A DNA stretch of 64,000 bases from Eledone cirrhosa. Lineage: Eukaryota. The notes under the pieces were generated by a model. That model was not told the origin of the DNA, ran no database searches, and saw only the letters and a program-made list of their open reading frames with translations. Shown here piece after piece: positions 13,182 through 26,855 of this stretch (the stretch's first letter is position 1; the number at the start of each line of letters is the position of its first letter). The DNA lies in the NCBI GenBank assembly GCA_964016885.1, contig OZ024756.1, positions 39,928,001-39,992,000 on the forward strand. Reading direction: 5' to 3'. Position numbers and translations under genes: made by a program.

Positions 13182-13309
13182 CCCAGACGGACGTCTCGTT
13201 TCATTATAAGATTCCTACAAAGTTTGGTGAAATTATACCAATTTATGTAGAAGCTTGTATAAGATCAACAGATACTTATTCAAGTGGGCTCTTATAATTC
13301 TTCAGTGGG
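13182..13309 (-). ncRNA. Type I hammerhead ribozyme with branched long stem II
   Basis: ccca-CTGAAGA-attataaga..(about 80 nt)..tcttataat-GAAA-cg agacgtc cg-TC-tggg. Confidence 0.75.
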
Positions 13310-13412
13310 TTCCCAATAACATTAATATTGATATTCAAATCAACATTATTATTTAGCGATAATCACCATCAGTGTTTTAGGTAGCTGCTAGGTTGCTAGC
13401 CCAGCGGTCCTA

Positions 13413-13446
<34 letters not shown>

Positions 13447-13517
13447 ATTAATATAACAAAGAGATTGTGGAGTCCGGATCTAGCTGTTGAAACGACTGGA
13501 GCTCAGCTGCCGGGGTC

Positions 13518-13571
<54 letters not shown>

Positions 13572-14390
13572 AAGTCTTTGGGTAAAAAAAAAACCCTACA
13601 ACACGCACAGAATTCGTTAAAAAAACGTACAAGAAACGAACATTAAGTTAAGCTTGGGAAAGGAAACTCGTAGCTTTTGCTTAAGATATTATTCCTCTAA
13701 ATTTAGCAACGATTTGATAAGTTGACGTGGAATACAACAACAACAACAAAATAATAAAACTGATGGCAAAGGGGAAAGTAAAAAATATACAAAATTAGGT
13801 AAATAAATATATTTAACACCCTCACCTACAAATTACTTGTCATTTGGCAGCTTTTCAAAAATGTTTTCAAACTATGTTTATTTAATGTAAATCAAAACTA
13901 CAAATGTCGTCATCATCATCACCACCACCATCACCACCACCATCATCATCACCATCATCATCATTACCATCACCACCATCACCACTACAATCATCACCAT
14001 CAGCACCACAATCATCACCATCACAATCATCACCACAATCATCACCACAATCATCTACTAATACCGTTACTATAACAACTACTCTAATATGATCAACGTT
14101 CAAATCCCACTAAAATTTAGGAAAGTCTTGGATAAACAGAGAAACACTTTTACCAACACACACACACACACATATATACATATAAACACACACACACACA
14201 CATATATACACACATATACACACACATACATATAAACACACACACACACATACACACACACACATACACACACACACATATATATACATATAAACACACA
14301 CACACACATATATACATATAAACACATATACATTCACACATGCATATTCCTACATACATACATAAATGTGTGTGTTACTAGATATACGAG

Positions 14391-14427
<37 letters not shown>

Positions 14428-14481
14428 TATGTGTGTGTGTGTGTGTGTGTGTTAGTAGATACACCAGATAGTATACATATA

Positions 14482-14513
<32 letters not shown>

Positions 14514-15149
14514 TACACCAGATAGTATATATGTGTGTGTGTGTGTGTGTTACTAGATACACCAGATAGTATATGTGTGTGTGTGTGTGTGTTACTAGAT
14601 ACACCAGATTATATAAGATGGAATCCAGAGGAAGTTTACACCCATTCACGCTTCTTAACAAAACTGAAAGATATGAAAATTGACAATATTAACCAGAAGG
14701 GTTAACACACAGCATAACATTAAGGACGGTCAAACTGGGCATGACAATATAATGATTTCTACTATAGGCACAAGGCCAGCAATTTTTTTTTGAGTGGTGG
14801 GGGACATTAAATCACACCAGTGCATTACTGGTACTTTATTGACAATATGATGAAAGTGCTTGAACCTGTGTTGTGATTGTTAACTGATGTATTTGAACAT
14901 CTTTCAAACCATTACTCTGTTGAATACCTTTAATATTTACTTTGTAAATCACAATGGGGTAACTATAGACGCACAAACACCACAGAAGGGATCTGGACTT
15001 ATTTGAAACGACAAATATCGAATCATACAAGGGACTTTAGACAAGCTGTGCCCTACCATTGTTACGGGCTCTATTTACGTGCGATGATGTGTGCTGTGTT
15101 GTTGAAGAGCGTGATTATAGGTTCCACGGTGGAAGTACGTGTTTCTAGA

Positions 15150-15372
15150 ATGTCGTGTGGAACATTGTGTGTGGAAATGTGTCTAGGGTGTTGTGTGGAA
15201 ATATGTGTGTGGAAGAGTGTGTGTGTCTAGGGCGTTGTGTGGAAATGTGTCTAGGGTGTTGTGTGGAAGAGTGTGTCTAGGGCGTTGTGTGGAAGAGTGT
15301 GTCTAGGGCGTTGTGTGGAAGAGTGTGTCTAGGGCGTTGTGTGGAAGAGCGTGTCTAGGGCGTTGTGTGGAA
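15150..15372. repeat. 26-bp tandem repeat
   Basis: gtgtgtctagggcgttgtgtggaaga. Confidence 0.85.
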
Positions 15373-15545
15373 CTGTGTGTCTCTCCATTACTCGTTAATC
15401 CATAGAAATAAAGAGTTGGTGTGAGAGTTAACATATGGAATTGATGTGTTCATACAAAGAGAACTTACACACATGCGCACAGTTGGAAACTACTCGCTAC
15501 ATCTTGGCCTGATTATATATATAAGAGAGAGAGAGAGAGGTGTGT

Positions 15546-15619
<74 letters not shown>

Positions 15620-16194
15620 GCGCGCGCGCGCGTTAAATCGGGTAATTAAAGATATAAAAAACATTTAGCTACAAATAGTTGTTTTGTTTTTTTTTAATCC
15701 TGCAAATAGCAACATATCTGGGCTGCACCTACCCTCATTTGTGATAAGAAAGGAAAGCGACAATACAAGAGAGAGGAAGGGTTAAACAAAGTCACCCCCA
15801 CACAACACCAACAAAATATCCTACACCCTTCTTGCTACATTAAAAAACTTTTTCTCCCTTTTACATGTCTTTCTTCAAACCTAATTCTATAACATGTGCA
15901 GTAGCAGCATTTTCAGAGAGGCAGAGAGATAGGGGAGTCCCAGTGCATAACTTATCTAACAGCTGCAATCATGTGACTGCAGAAACAGTGATAATACGGA
16001 GGAAGGTTAAGAAAATGAGGAGGAGGAGGTGGTGGTGGTCCATGTAGTGTGGAGTCCTGTGAAAGTAAGGTGAGGTGAGGTTAGGGTGACGTGGGTTGAG
16101 GTACAAAGCACGATAGAACAAACAAAAGTGCTGTGAAGACACTTTTGTGGAAAATACGACGACTTGAAAGTTTGTCGGCCATTTTGGCAACTGT

Positions 16195-16510
16195 TGATAC
16201 TATACGAGAATTATCGGTCACTCTCCGACAGGTTTTGCCGTCGAGCTCGTGGCAGTGGAGACTTCTGGGCTCCTTGGCCCTAAGGTCACCTCCCTGCTCG
16301 CCCCCATCGGTACAGAATTGGTTACCTTGCAGGTGTGAGCCTCGCGAGCTGTAATGTCTCTCCTTGCGACTCTCCCTCACCATCCCCCGGGGAAACATCT
16401 TCTCTATTCTGTCTGCCAGAGCCGTGGGCCCCCATTTGCTCATAATAGTGATAATAGTGAGAGATGGGGAGAGTTTGGAGTTTGGTTCCTTTGTGTTCGG
16501 ACTTGGTGTA
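16195..16510 (+). mobile_element. CRE-clade non-LTR retrotransposon 3' fragment
   Basis: YRSLSDRF..VAVETSGLLGP..EPREL..RLSLTIPRGNIFSIL, matching the CRE endonuclease C-terminal motif (AVETxG..QRLSxAIQRGN); frameshifted. Confidence 0.75.
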
Positions 16511-16566
16511 TATGTATATATGTTTCACGGACACACACTCGTGTCTGCATTTGTACATCTGTTCAT

Positions 16567-16619
<53 letters not shown>

Positions 16620-16721
16620 GGTGTGTGTTTTTGAAGACCAACATGGTTAAGCATACCGTGGGCATATCACAATTACGACAACGATCAATACACACACACA
16701 CACACACACATAAAGATCAAT

Positions 16722-16756
<35 letters not shown>

Positions 16757-17345
16757 CATAACGACCCATATGTACATATCAGCTCATACATACATAAGTC
16801 AAAGTGATAAGGTGAAAGTTGAGAGGTCAGAAGGTGAAGTCTAGAAATGTCAGAGGTCACGACAAAATACTGAATAACATCAACTAACTCAGCCTTTCTC
16901 TCGACAGCAGGTTAGCTAACAGTGGGTAATATAACTCTTACTGGGTAGTGGTGGTGGCGGTGGTTGTGTGTTAGTGGTGGCGGTGGTGTTATTGTGGTGG
17001 TGGTGCTATTGTGTGGTGATGGTGGTGTAGTGTGGTAGTAGTGTGGTGGTGGTACTATTGTGTGGTAGCGGTGTGGTGGTGGTGTGTGGTAGTGGTGGTT
17101 GTATTGTGGTGGTCGTGTTGTGTTAGTGGTGGCGGTGGTGGTGCTATAGTGTGGTGATGGTGGTGTAGTGTGGTAGTGGTGGTATTATGGTAGCGGTGGT
17201 GGTGGTGGTGATAGTAGTGTGGTAATAGTGGTAGTGGCGCAGGATAAACATAAAAGGACACACACACACACACATAGATATATACACACATACACGCATA
17301 TATATAAACACATATACATACACACTTATTCACATACACACACAC

Positions 17346-17378
<33 letters not shown>

Positions 17379-18096
17379 GCATTGCTCACAGGCAGAGCGT
17401 CTACACAAGGTTAGGAGGTAAATTCCTTTAGTAAAACTATGTCTCAGTGAGGACATAAAGTCAGAGGTCCGATATTATGTGAGTCAGTACTGGAAATATT
17501 TCTCTATTATGTCATGTGACTTACTGATAACAACTGTCACATACTCCCTCCACCTCCATCTCTCTCTCTCAACTTTTTTATCTTTCACTTTCTTCGTATA
17601 TATTTCAGCCCTCTGGCTTCTCTCTCTCTCTCATTGTCCTCAATTACTCGTTACCTTATGCCCCCCCCCCTTATTTTTCTCTCGACATCTCTTCAATCTT
17701 TCTCTCCTACATCCCTCGTCAAATTTTCAGTCACAAATCTCTCCCTCCACTCCCGTCTTCTCTCTCCTTTCTCTCTTCTCCACCATATCTCTCTCTCTCT
17801 CACACCATCTCTCACACACACTCTCTCTCAATCTCCTCTCTCTCTCAATATCCTCTCTCTCTATTTCTCGACCTTCTGTCAAGAGAACACACAAAACCAA
17901 CGTTAAAATGTTGACCAGATGTCAACGAGAAAGTTGTCAAGATGACAACCAAGTCTGTCAGATGCTAACCTGTTAATGTTAAAGTATTCAACAGGATAAA
18001 TACCAACCAGATATACAATATTGGCGACAGATGTCACTGGCATTTGAACCAGTTTTACGGTACATCAGACTATGCTACGACGGGGTATCCTCTAAG

Positions 18097-18265
18097 CAGG
18101 GCCTATGAGAGGGGGGGGGGATCCAGCCGGTACTTCGTTCCGGCGCCCAACAGCTAAGAAGGCCTCACAGCAATCATGCAATATCCATTTTGAGAAAAAT
18201 ATTTGCCTGCTACGGACCCCACACGGGTCTTGGACTGCCTTGCAAAATTTCTCTTGGGGGCCCAG
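18097..18265. mobile_element. Possible degenerate hAT-type MITE
   Basis: cagggcc..gagag / ctcttgggggcccag termini. Confidence 0.3.
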
Positions 18266-18349
18266 CCTCTAAGAAGTAACTCGACAGGCTAGAAATAGTC
18301 GCCAAATGTCCTATAAAGTACAATTCCACCGTGTGCTTGTGTGTATAGT

Positions 18350-18640
18350 GAGAGCGCGTGACAGTGTTTACAGAATTGGATTCGCAATCGTGAGGTTGTG
18401 AGTTCGATTCCCGGACCGAGTGATGCGTTATGTCCTTGAGCAAGACACTTTATTTCACGTTGCTCCTTCTACCTGGAGTTGCGATCGATTGATAGTATTA
18501 ACAATTGGAAAGACCAATGGAAACATTGTTTCCTCGCTATGTTTGATGAAGAAGAAAAAAAAAACTAAATGGTCATGGCTGGAACGCCTTTGATCTGATG
18601 TCTGCTCGATCAGAGTTGACCTGGAACTAAATAACTGGCC
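18350..18640 (+). mobile_element. CORE-type tRNA SINE
   Basis: gagttcgattccc B box followed by the tgtccttgagcaagacactttatttcacg core. Confidence 0.8.
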
Positions 18641-18830
18641 AGATGTAAAACTAACATCATTTGACATGTTTAATTTAATATATTGACCTTTCGTTGCGGG
18701 TTGCAGTGACCTTTTGCTTGTTGAAATATTTCGGAATATTGCCAGTCAGTCCTGAAATACAGCAATTTGTCAGCAAGAGAGAAGCACCAGATTGATTGTC
18801 TTAGTCTGGTCTCAACATGTTCTGTATTAG

Positions 18831-18905
18831 GTTAAAGTCGATAAGATAAGCACAAGTTCGGGTTTCTTGGATCGAAGCCAGCAGATTTATTCACTGTTTA
18901 GTGAA
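18831..18905 (+). CDS. Candidate internal exon (VKVDKISTSSGFLDRSQQIYSLFSE)
   Basis: Acceptor ttctgtattag, donor gtaagg, 75 nt open in phase 0; no homology recognised. Confidence 0.25.
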
Positions 18906-19147
18906 GTAAGGAGAAAGAGAGCCCATGACCCTTTTCATGGTGTCTGATAACCTTAGACCTAGCCAGAATGTTCACAACGGAGTGGACTCCGTTAACTCTT
19001 AATATCCTGTACCTCACGAAACCGCATTAGCAAGACTTTCTAGAGAAATACAAGACATCACTATGACTACATCACATTAAAAATTAAAGTCCTTTCTCTA
19101 ATATTGCAAACTTTCACAGCAGTCTGTCAATTAATAAAGATACTATA

Positions 19148-19368
19148 AATCGACATTCGATCGACTTTCATCAAATCGGACCGAGTAAAGAATGTTTCCA
19201 TTGGTCTTTCCAATTGCTAATACTTTCTATCGGTCGCCATTCCAGGTAGAAAGAGCAACGTCAAACAAAATAAAGTGTCTTGCTCAAGGACATAACGCAT
19301 CGCCCTGTCCAAGAATCTAACAGACAACCTCACGATTGTGAATCCAGTTCCCTTACCACTCAGCCACA
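19148..19368 (-). mobile_element. CORE-type tRNA SINE
   Basis: Reverse complement of the 18350 copy. Confidence 0.8.
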
Positions 19369-19456
19369 CTATAAATATTTGAATTAATAAACCCGTTTTT
19401 TTAATATTATTTTTGGCGGATTCGAACCCTTGTCTAAACAGTTTCGTAAATAGAGC

Positions 19457-20432
19457 GTCTGAGAGGTTTGGTGACGGTTGTATGGGACAAGACTTGGAGG
19501 TTTGGTGACGGTTGTATGGGACAAGTCCGAGAGGTTTGGTGGCAGTTGTATGGGACAAGTCCGAGAGGTTTGGTGGCGGTTGTATGGGACAAGACTGGGA
19601 GGTTTGGTGACGGTTGTATGGGACAAGACTGGGAGGTTTGGTGACGGTTGTAGGGGACAAGTCTGGGAGGTTTGGTGACGGTTGTATGGGACAAGACTTG
19701 GAGGTTTGGTGGCGGTTGTAGGGGACAAGACTTGGAGGTTTGGTGGCGGTTGTATGGGACAAGACTGGGAGGTTTGGTGGCGGTTGTAGGGGACAAGACT
19801 TGGAGGTTTGGTGACGGTTGTATGGGACAAGACTTGGAGGTTCGGTGGCGGTTGTAGGGGACAAGTCTGAGAGGTTTGGTGGCGGTTGTATGGGACAAGT
19901 CCGAGAGGTTTGGTGGCGGTTGTATGGGACAAGACTTGGAGGTTTGGTGGCGGTTGTAGGGGACAAGTCTGGGAGGTTTGGTGGCGGTTGTAAGGGACAA
20001 GTCTGTGAGGTTTGGTGGCGGTTGTATGGGACAAGTCTGGGAGGTTTGGTGGCGGTTGTATGGGACAAGTCTGGGAGGTTTGGTGGCGGTTGTATGGGAC
20101 AAGTCTGGGAGGTTTGGTGACGGTTGTATGGGACAAGTCTGGGAGGTTTGGTGGCGGTTGTATGGGACAAGACTGGGAGGTGACAGTTGTATGGGACAAG
20201 ACTGGGAGGTGACAGTTGTATGGGACAAGACTAAGGGGTTTGGTGACAGTTGTATGGGACAAGACTAGGGGTTTTGGTGACAGTTGTATGGGACAAGACT
20301 AGGGGCTTTGGTGACAGTTGTACGGGACAAGACTAGGGGGTTTGGTGACAGTTGTACGGGACAAGACGGGGAGGTTTGGTGACAGTTGTACGGGACAAGA
20401 CGGGGAGGTTTGGTGACAGTTGTACGGGATAA
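19457..20432. repeat. 34-bp minisatellite, about 29 copies
   Basis: gaggtttggtg(a/g)cggttgtatgggacaag(actt/tctg)g. Confidence 0.95.
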
Positions 20433-20757
20433 GTTTAAATAACCTATTTGAAGCAGTTGTCTACTTGTGAGTCAGAATTAATATTGTTGATTTTTTTTTT
20501 TTTTTTTAGCAATAGTACAGGTCACAGCTCATGAATATATAATGAGAGGGGGGTGGAAATAAACACAACAAAGGGTAAAAGGCTGTGTGGAGAGAGAGAG
20601 AGGGAGAAAGGTGTAATAGAGAGAAGGGTAATGGAGGGAGAGTGAGAGAGAGTAATGGAGAGGGAGAGAGTAAAAGTAACAAGAGAAATATATGCTAAAT
20701 ATAAAATTCTAAATAAAACCCACGAATCTGATTATGTCAGATTGTTTGACTTTAGAC

Positions 20758-20796
<39 letters not shown>

Positions 20797-20800
<4 letters not shown>

Positions 20801-20975
20801 ATGTTTAACCCCGACGGCAGAGCTTAAGCCGTTTCGACGGCTATTTCTGGACCGTCGAAACGGCTTGAGCTCTGCCGTCGGGGTTAAACATTTTCCTATT
20901 ACCCACTCTACTATCCTAAGTATTGAGTACTCTGGTGCGTTATAGTCCATCTGGTTCCTTACCACACCTCCTTCG
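20797..20975 (+). mobile_element. Family A element with 5' fold-back
   Basis: Palindrome 20797-20895, junction ttctgga|ccgtcgaaa; (TA)n flanks. Confidence 0.75.
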
Positions 20976-21010
<35 letters not shown>

Positions 21011-21092
21011 TAAATATATATATATATATGGAAGGTGAGAGAATTAAAATTTAGGGCACTCTTAACTACATTAGGGGCCAGTGGAGTGACAG

Positions 21093-21275
21093 AGTAGGTA
21101 GAGTGTCGGACGTGTAACGGTGTTTGTTCCGGGTTTTTATAATCTGAGTTCAAATCTCACCAAGGTCAACTTTAACTTTTCATCGTTTTGGGGAGCCGCT
21201 AAAATTAAATACCAGTCAAGTACTGGGGTCAATATAATTGTCTTTTCCCTCCCTTCAAATTGCTGGCCTTGGAAA
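21093..21275 (+). mobile_element. SINE group 1, diverged
   Basis: gagttcaaatctcaccaaggtcaacttt..aattgctggcctt. Confidence 0.7.
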
Positions 21276-21325
21276 TCATTGTTAGCTAAGTAATTGGACA
21301 TTTCTGAAGTGTGTGTGTGTGTAGT

Positions 21326-21431
21326 GAAGGCACGTGGCTGAGTGGTTAGAGAATTGGATTAGTAACCATGAGGTTGTAAGTTGGATTCCCGGACCAGGTT
21401 ATGTCCTTGGGCAAGACACTTTATTTCACGT
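21326..21431 (+). mobile_element. CORE-type SINE 5' part
   Basis: gtggctgagtggttaga..tgtccttgggcaagacactttatttcacg. Confidence 0.75.
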
Positions 21432-21582
21432 AGTCTGCCTGTCAAATATATATTCACACTAGTTCTGATTCATTTCTAGTCTCTCTCCACACAAACATAT
21501 ATTCACACTAGTTACCAATTCAATGTTATTCTTTATCTATCTGCTCCTGCCTACTGATGTCCCCTCCCTTCCCTCTTTCTCT

Positions 21583-21624
<42 letters not shown>

Positions 21625-22280
21625 AACATAGAAATGTTATGAAGTTTAAATCAACATTTTTACTCAATAGACTTAACAAACACTTTTTCTCTTTAAAATC
21701 GATCCTTCGTTATGTTAGGTTTTTGAGCCATTAACGGGGTCGTGTGGTATATGAACACATACACACATACACATTCACACATACATACACACACACATAC
21801 ATATACACAGATACACACACACATATACATAACACGCACATCCACACACCACACATTCACACGCACATATTCACATATACGCACACACACATACATATTC
21901 ACATACACACACATTCATACACACACATGCACACAAACACGCACACTTACACATGCACACACGTGTGTATGTATGTTTATATATGTATAGTCCTCACTTA
22001 ATCTAACGAGGTCAGATGCACTAACTTAGTAACAGAGTTCTTAATTGATGTTGTTTAACCCCAGGTCACCCCCCTCCCCGATCAACAACCACAACTATGA
22101 TCAAAGAAATATCGTCTTATATTCAGTAACAGTATATCTAGGACTATATCAGCCAATGTGCTGTTGTTATTGAAAGACGAAGGGAGGCGGGATTTCACGG
22201 AGATTTTTCTGTTATTTTAGCAGGTTTAGGGACCACGTGGTTGTCCTGGTTGACTTGTATTTCATTAATTAGGAGTTTGA

Positions 22281-22470
22281 AGGGCGGTGAATTGGCAGTA
22301 TCGGTAGAGGGTCGGACGCCATGCTTTGCAGCAAAGAGTTACGTCCCTTTATGGACGTAGTTCAAATCCCGCCGAGGTTAACTTTGCTTTTCATCCTTAC
22401 GAGGTCGATAAAATAAAGTACCAGTAATTCACTGGGTAATTGCTGGCCTTGTGCCAAACGTAGAAACAAT
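22281..22470 (+). mobile_element. SINE group 1
   Basis: Full head, core and tail. Confidence 0.85.
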
Positions 22471-22590
22471 TAATTAGGGGTTTGAAGAGAAAAAGAAAGG
22501 GAAGACATATTGGATAATGTTTTTTCTAGGTACACTGTGTCTGAAGAGGAATGGCGGGATGGCCACCGTTGGAACGCCTTTGGCAATATA

Positions 22591-22775
22591 TATTGTTTCT
22601 ATTTTGGGCACAAGGCCAGCAATTATCCCAGTGCATTACTGGTACATTGTTTTATCGACCCCGTGAGAATGAAAGGCAAAGTTAATCTCGGCGGGATTTG
22701 AACTCAGACCGTAAAGGCACGTAACTCTATGCTGCAAAGCATGTCCGACTCTCTACCGATACTGCCAATCCACCA
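22591..22775 (-). mobile_element. SINE group 1, inverted relative to the 22281 copy
   Basis: Reverse complement of the consensus. Confidence 0.85.
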
Positions 22776-23007
22776 CTGACTAGAAGTTGACGGCTGTCTT
22801 CACCTGTGTGTCTGTCTGTGTGTGTGTGTCTGTGTGTCTGTCTGTGTGTGTGTGTCTGTGTGTCTGTCTGTGTGTCTGTGTCTGTGTGTCTGTCTGTGTG
22901 TGTCTGTGTGTGTGTGTCTGTCTGTGTCTGTCTGTGTCTGTGTGTGTCTGTGTGTGTCTGTGTGTGTGTGTGGGGGTGTGTGTGGGTGTGTGTGTGTGTG
23001 TATGTGT

Positions 23008-23081
<74 letters not shown>

Positions 23082-23236
23082 CACATGCAGAAAGACCATC
23101 TACCTGAGCCTATTTCAGTGCTAGGAGGGAAGATAGGTCTGTGTTACAGTCCGAGACCCGGCCTGAAATCCTTGCACGGGAGTGGACTTCGATAAAAGCC
23201 GCAAGGGTCATGTGGGTAACGGACTAGGGACCAGAT

Positions 23237-23455
23237 GGGTAGCACATTAGTGGGAGCTTCTTGGCGGTGATGTTAAACCGGGTAGCAGATTAATGGGAGG
23301 GCCGGGTGGTGGTGGTGGTGTTACACCGGGTAGCACATTAGGGAGAGGGCCGGGTGGGGGTGTTACACCGGGTAGCAGATTAGTGGGATGGCCGGGTGGG
23401 GGTGTTACACCGGGTAGCACATTAGTGGGATGGCCTGGTGGGGGTGTTACACCCT
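23237..23455. repeat. 42-bp tandem repeat, about 5 copies
   Basis: ccgggtagcacattagtgggatggccgggtgggggtgttaca. Confidence 0.85.
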
Positions 23456-23962
23456 GTAACAGAATAAGTCTATCAACCAATTCATCCACAGCGGGATTTC
23501 AACCGAGAACGTAATAAAACAATTACAATCTAGGTTCCTTCTATTACATTACCGTATGGTGGGGGGGGGGGGATCATAGATTGGAAAAGATAGTGTCAGG
23601 AGGTTATTGATAGTTGCACTTCGCAATAACCCCCCCCCCCCCCACACACACACACACACACACACACCAACGCCCCTTAAAATCTCCCAGATACCCAGAA
23701 ATGAAAACTAGGTTTGGGTGAAGGGCAGTAGAAAGGTCTCTTCAGTGCAGCTGAGTACCTCACAACATTTTGACAGCATCAAGCCAAGCTATAGTCAGTT
23801 AAGTGTGTGTTTGCGCTTGCGTATATATACATACACACACTATATATATATATATACATGCACACACACACACACACACTATATATATATATATTTTATC
23901 TAAAGACATTTTTTCTAATTCCAACCCGCCCGTCCCCTCAATCTATTTTATTTCTCATTCTT

Positions 23963-23998
23963 TCTTCTGGTGAAGGACTAGCGTCCGAAACGTTAAGA
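23963..23998 (+). ncRNA. Minimal hammerhead (family F), core mutated to CTGGTGA
   Basis: tctt-CTGGTGA-a ggac tagc gtcc-GAAACGTT-aaga within element of about 23890-24090. Confidence 0.6.
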
Positions 23999-24146
23999 CC
24001 CTCTTCCTGTTATTTCAAGCGTTAACCTAATATATCCCTTCCATATACTGTATCGATTGTGTTGTTATTTCTGTTTACCTTTTACATACATATATACATA
24101 CATTATTGTACTGGGCAATTGCTGTCCTTGTGCCTAAAGTAGAAAC

Positions 24147-24183
<37 letters not shown>

Positions 24184-24345
24184 TAGATAACTATACACGG
24201 GTGTGTATGATTGTGTATAGAAGATTATATTAATAAGAGAAATTCCAACTTTGTCTGATTTACTCGTTTTATTTACAATCCTTTAAAATTTATAATGGTA
24301 TTATAATGAAATAGTATGCTAGAATATTAAATGTTAAGTGTTAAT

Positions 24346-24384
24346 TGAACAAGTACTTTCATGCTTTCGCAATCTTCAGGTTCA
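24346..24384 (-). ncRNA. Minimal type I hammerhead
   Basis: tgaac-CTGAAGA-t tgc gaaa gca t-GAA-AGTACT-T-gttca; palindromic stem III. Confidence 0.75.
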
Positions 24385-24413
24385 TAATGTGTGGTGACAG
24401 TCAAGTTTGCAAT

Positions 24414-24461
<48 letters not shown>

Positions 24462-24529
24462 ACATACACACACACACTGTATATAAAGTTCACAGTTTGT
24501 AGGTTTGCACCGAGATAAAATTTCAATAT

Positions 24530-24662
24530 AACTGGATTTTTCTATTTTATGTCATATTTTCTCAAGTAGTTTCATATCTTCTGGGACATTCACCTGAAGA
24601 ACGTCCCAGGAGTCATGAAACTACTTGTGAAAATATCACATAAAATAGGAAAATATAGTTGT
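24530..24662 (+). mobile_element. Degenerate palindromic PLE-like element with hammerhead remnant
   Basis: ttcac-CTGAAGA..GAAActactt-gtgaa at about 24589-24631 with an inverted copy on the left. Confidence 0.55.
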
Positions 24663-25480
24663 CCCGAAATTTGACTAATATGAGTATTTTAGTGTATGTG
24701 GGTGTATAGATATATCTATAAAGTATACATCATATATATATAAATATATCACGTATACATACATCATATATATATATATATATAAGAGAGAGAGAGCAGC
24801 TAATTTTATATTTTGAAACCCAGATCTGAAGGGAAGATGAGTGAACGAGAGTGTGTGTGTGCGCGCGCACGTGTTTGTATGCTGTGTGTGTGTGTGCGTG
24901 TGTGTGTGTGTGTGTGCGTGTGTGTATGTGTGAGTGATAGGCTTTCGGCTGGGGGCATTTGAGAACATGGTCATTAAAGTAGACAAGATGACAGAAAGAC
25001 AAATTAATAAAGAGATAAATAAACAAGAAACAATAAAGAAAGAAAAAGCCACAGAAACATCTAGAAATCTGTAGACAGTGCAAATGAAATGATAAAAACA
25101 ACAACAAACAACAACAACAACCATAGAAAATGAATGATGAATATATTTTTGAAAATAGCAGAAGCGGAAACGATTTATTTAGAAGATGTCACAGATCAGG
25201 AAGACGGCAACAAAACAACAAGAACATCCTGAACATCAGTCAAAAACTATCCATAGAAAAAGAAAACAAAAAGAGAGAAACCTGGACCAGTTTCTAATTC
25301 ATAAAAGAAATAAAGAAACAGAAGAGAAACAGACCAGAAACACGGTTGGGAGAGGCGTAGGAGATGGTAAGAGATAGCAGACGGAAGCCATATTGAAATT
25401 TGAAATTGTGACATGTACTTAAGTGTTTCGTACGAAGAAGAAGCATCTGGAAAGTGAAAAATGGTTTATTTGTGTTGTTA

Positions 25481-25885
25481 TTGGCAGTATCGGTAGAGGG
25501 TCGGACGCCATGCTTTGCAGCAAAGAGTTACGTCCTTTATGATCTGAGTTCAAATCCCGCCGAGGTTAACTTTGCCTTTCATCCTTACGGGGTCGATAAA
25601 ATAAAGTACCAGTCACGCACTGGGGTCGATTTAATCGACGTTTCCATCCACCCCCTCAAAAATTGCTGGCCTTGTGCTTAAATCAAACCAGAAACCATTG
25701 GATTGGCAGTATCAGTAGAGGGTCGGATAACATGCTTTCCGGCATAGAGTTACGTCCCTTTACGATCTTAGTTCAAATCCCGCCGAGGTTAAATTTGACT
25801 TTCATCCTTACGGGGTCGATAAAATAAAGTACCAGTAATGTACTGGGGTAATTGCTGGCCTTGTGCCTAAAGTAGAAACAATTAT
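25481..25885 (+). mobile_element. Two tandem SINE group 1 copies
   Basis: Heads at about 25481 and 25703. Confidence 0.85.
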
Positions 25886-26704
25886 TATTTGAAATGTAAG
25901 TGTCGTGACCTCCAATAAATCACATAAGTCAGAATAATGAGTGTGTAGGGCTTGCTGTGAAGATCTAGGTTGATTACCTCTCCCAGGGAGGGAGACATAT
26001 ACAATATAATATATTTCATATTGTCTATCTGTTTATTTATTTATTTCCATGATGTAACCCTCCCTTCCCCACCACCACCACCACCTTCTTCTTCCAATTT
26101 GTCCTGCTAATATTCCCCCGTTATGGCTGACAGTAAGAGAAAGAAAGAAATGATAATGGCCGACAACGATAGTGCAATGTCGTCCACCAACTCAGAATGA
26201 CGTCTTTAATATAGAAGGAGAGTATAGCAACAAGATGATCACGTGATAGAACACAATACATACAACACACGTAGCTGGTTGAAGACAAACAAACAGACAG
26301 ATAGATAGATAGATAGACAGTTGTGTGTGTGTGACGTGTCACAGGTGGCGCTGGTTGCTTCCTATTGTCTGTCATTAACTTGGGACATATTTAGTGACAG
26401 ACAGATATTTACTCAGGTTTCTAGTCACAAGTTTTGTCAACGAGGCTTCCTTGTTTACAATAATTCTCCATCGTTCCACCCTCTCTCTCTCTATATATAT
26501 CTGTACCTATGCTTCCTGGAGGAGAAAGAGTGGACAAGAGAGGAAAATAAGTGGAGGTGAGAAAGGAGACAGACAGAGAGTGAGAGAGAGACAGATAGAG
26601 AGAGACACAGAGGTCGTTACCTGTCTAGTTAATCATTATTCTGTTAATGAAACCTCATTCCTTAATGCTATCCAACAACAACAGCAGTAAATGAATCTTT
26701 AATT

Positions 26705-26855
26705 AATGGTTTCTACTTTAGGCACAAGGGCAGCAATTTTGGGAGCGGGGGGGGGGGTGATTAAATCGACCCCAGTGTGTTACTGGTACTTTATTTTATC
26801 AACCCCGTAAGGATGAAAAGCAAAGCTAACATCGGCGGGATTTAAACTCAGGATG
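26705..26855 (-). mobile_element. SINE group 1
   Basis: Reverse-complement core and tail. Confidence 0.75.

Noticed and set aside
19217-20268. Repetitive ORFs of about 300 aa
   Set aside because: A stop-free 34-bp minisatellite unit is open in all three minus-strand frames
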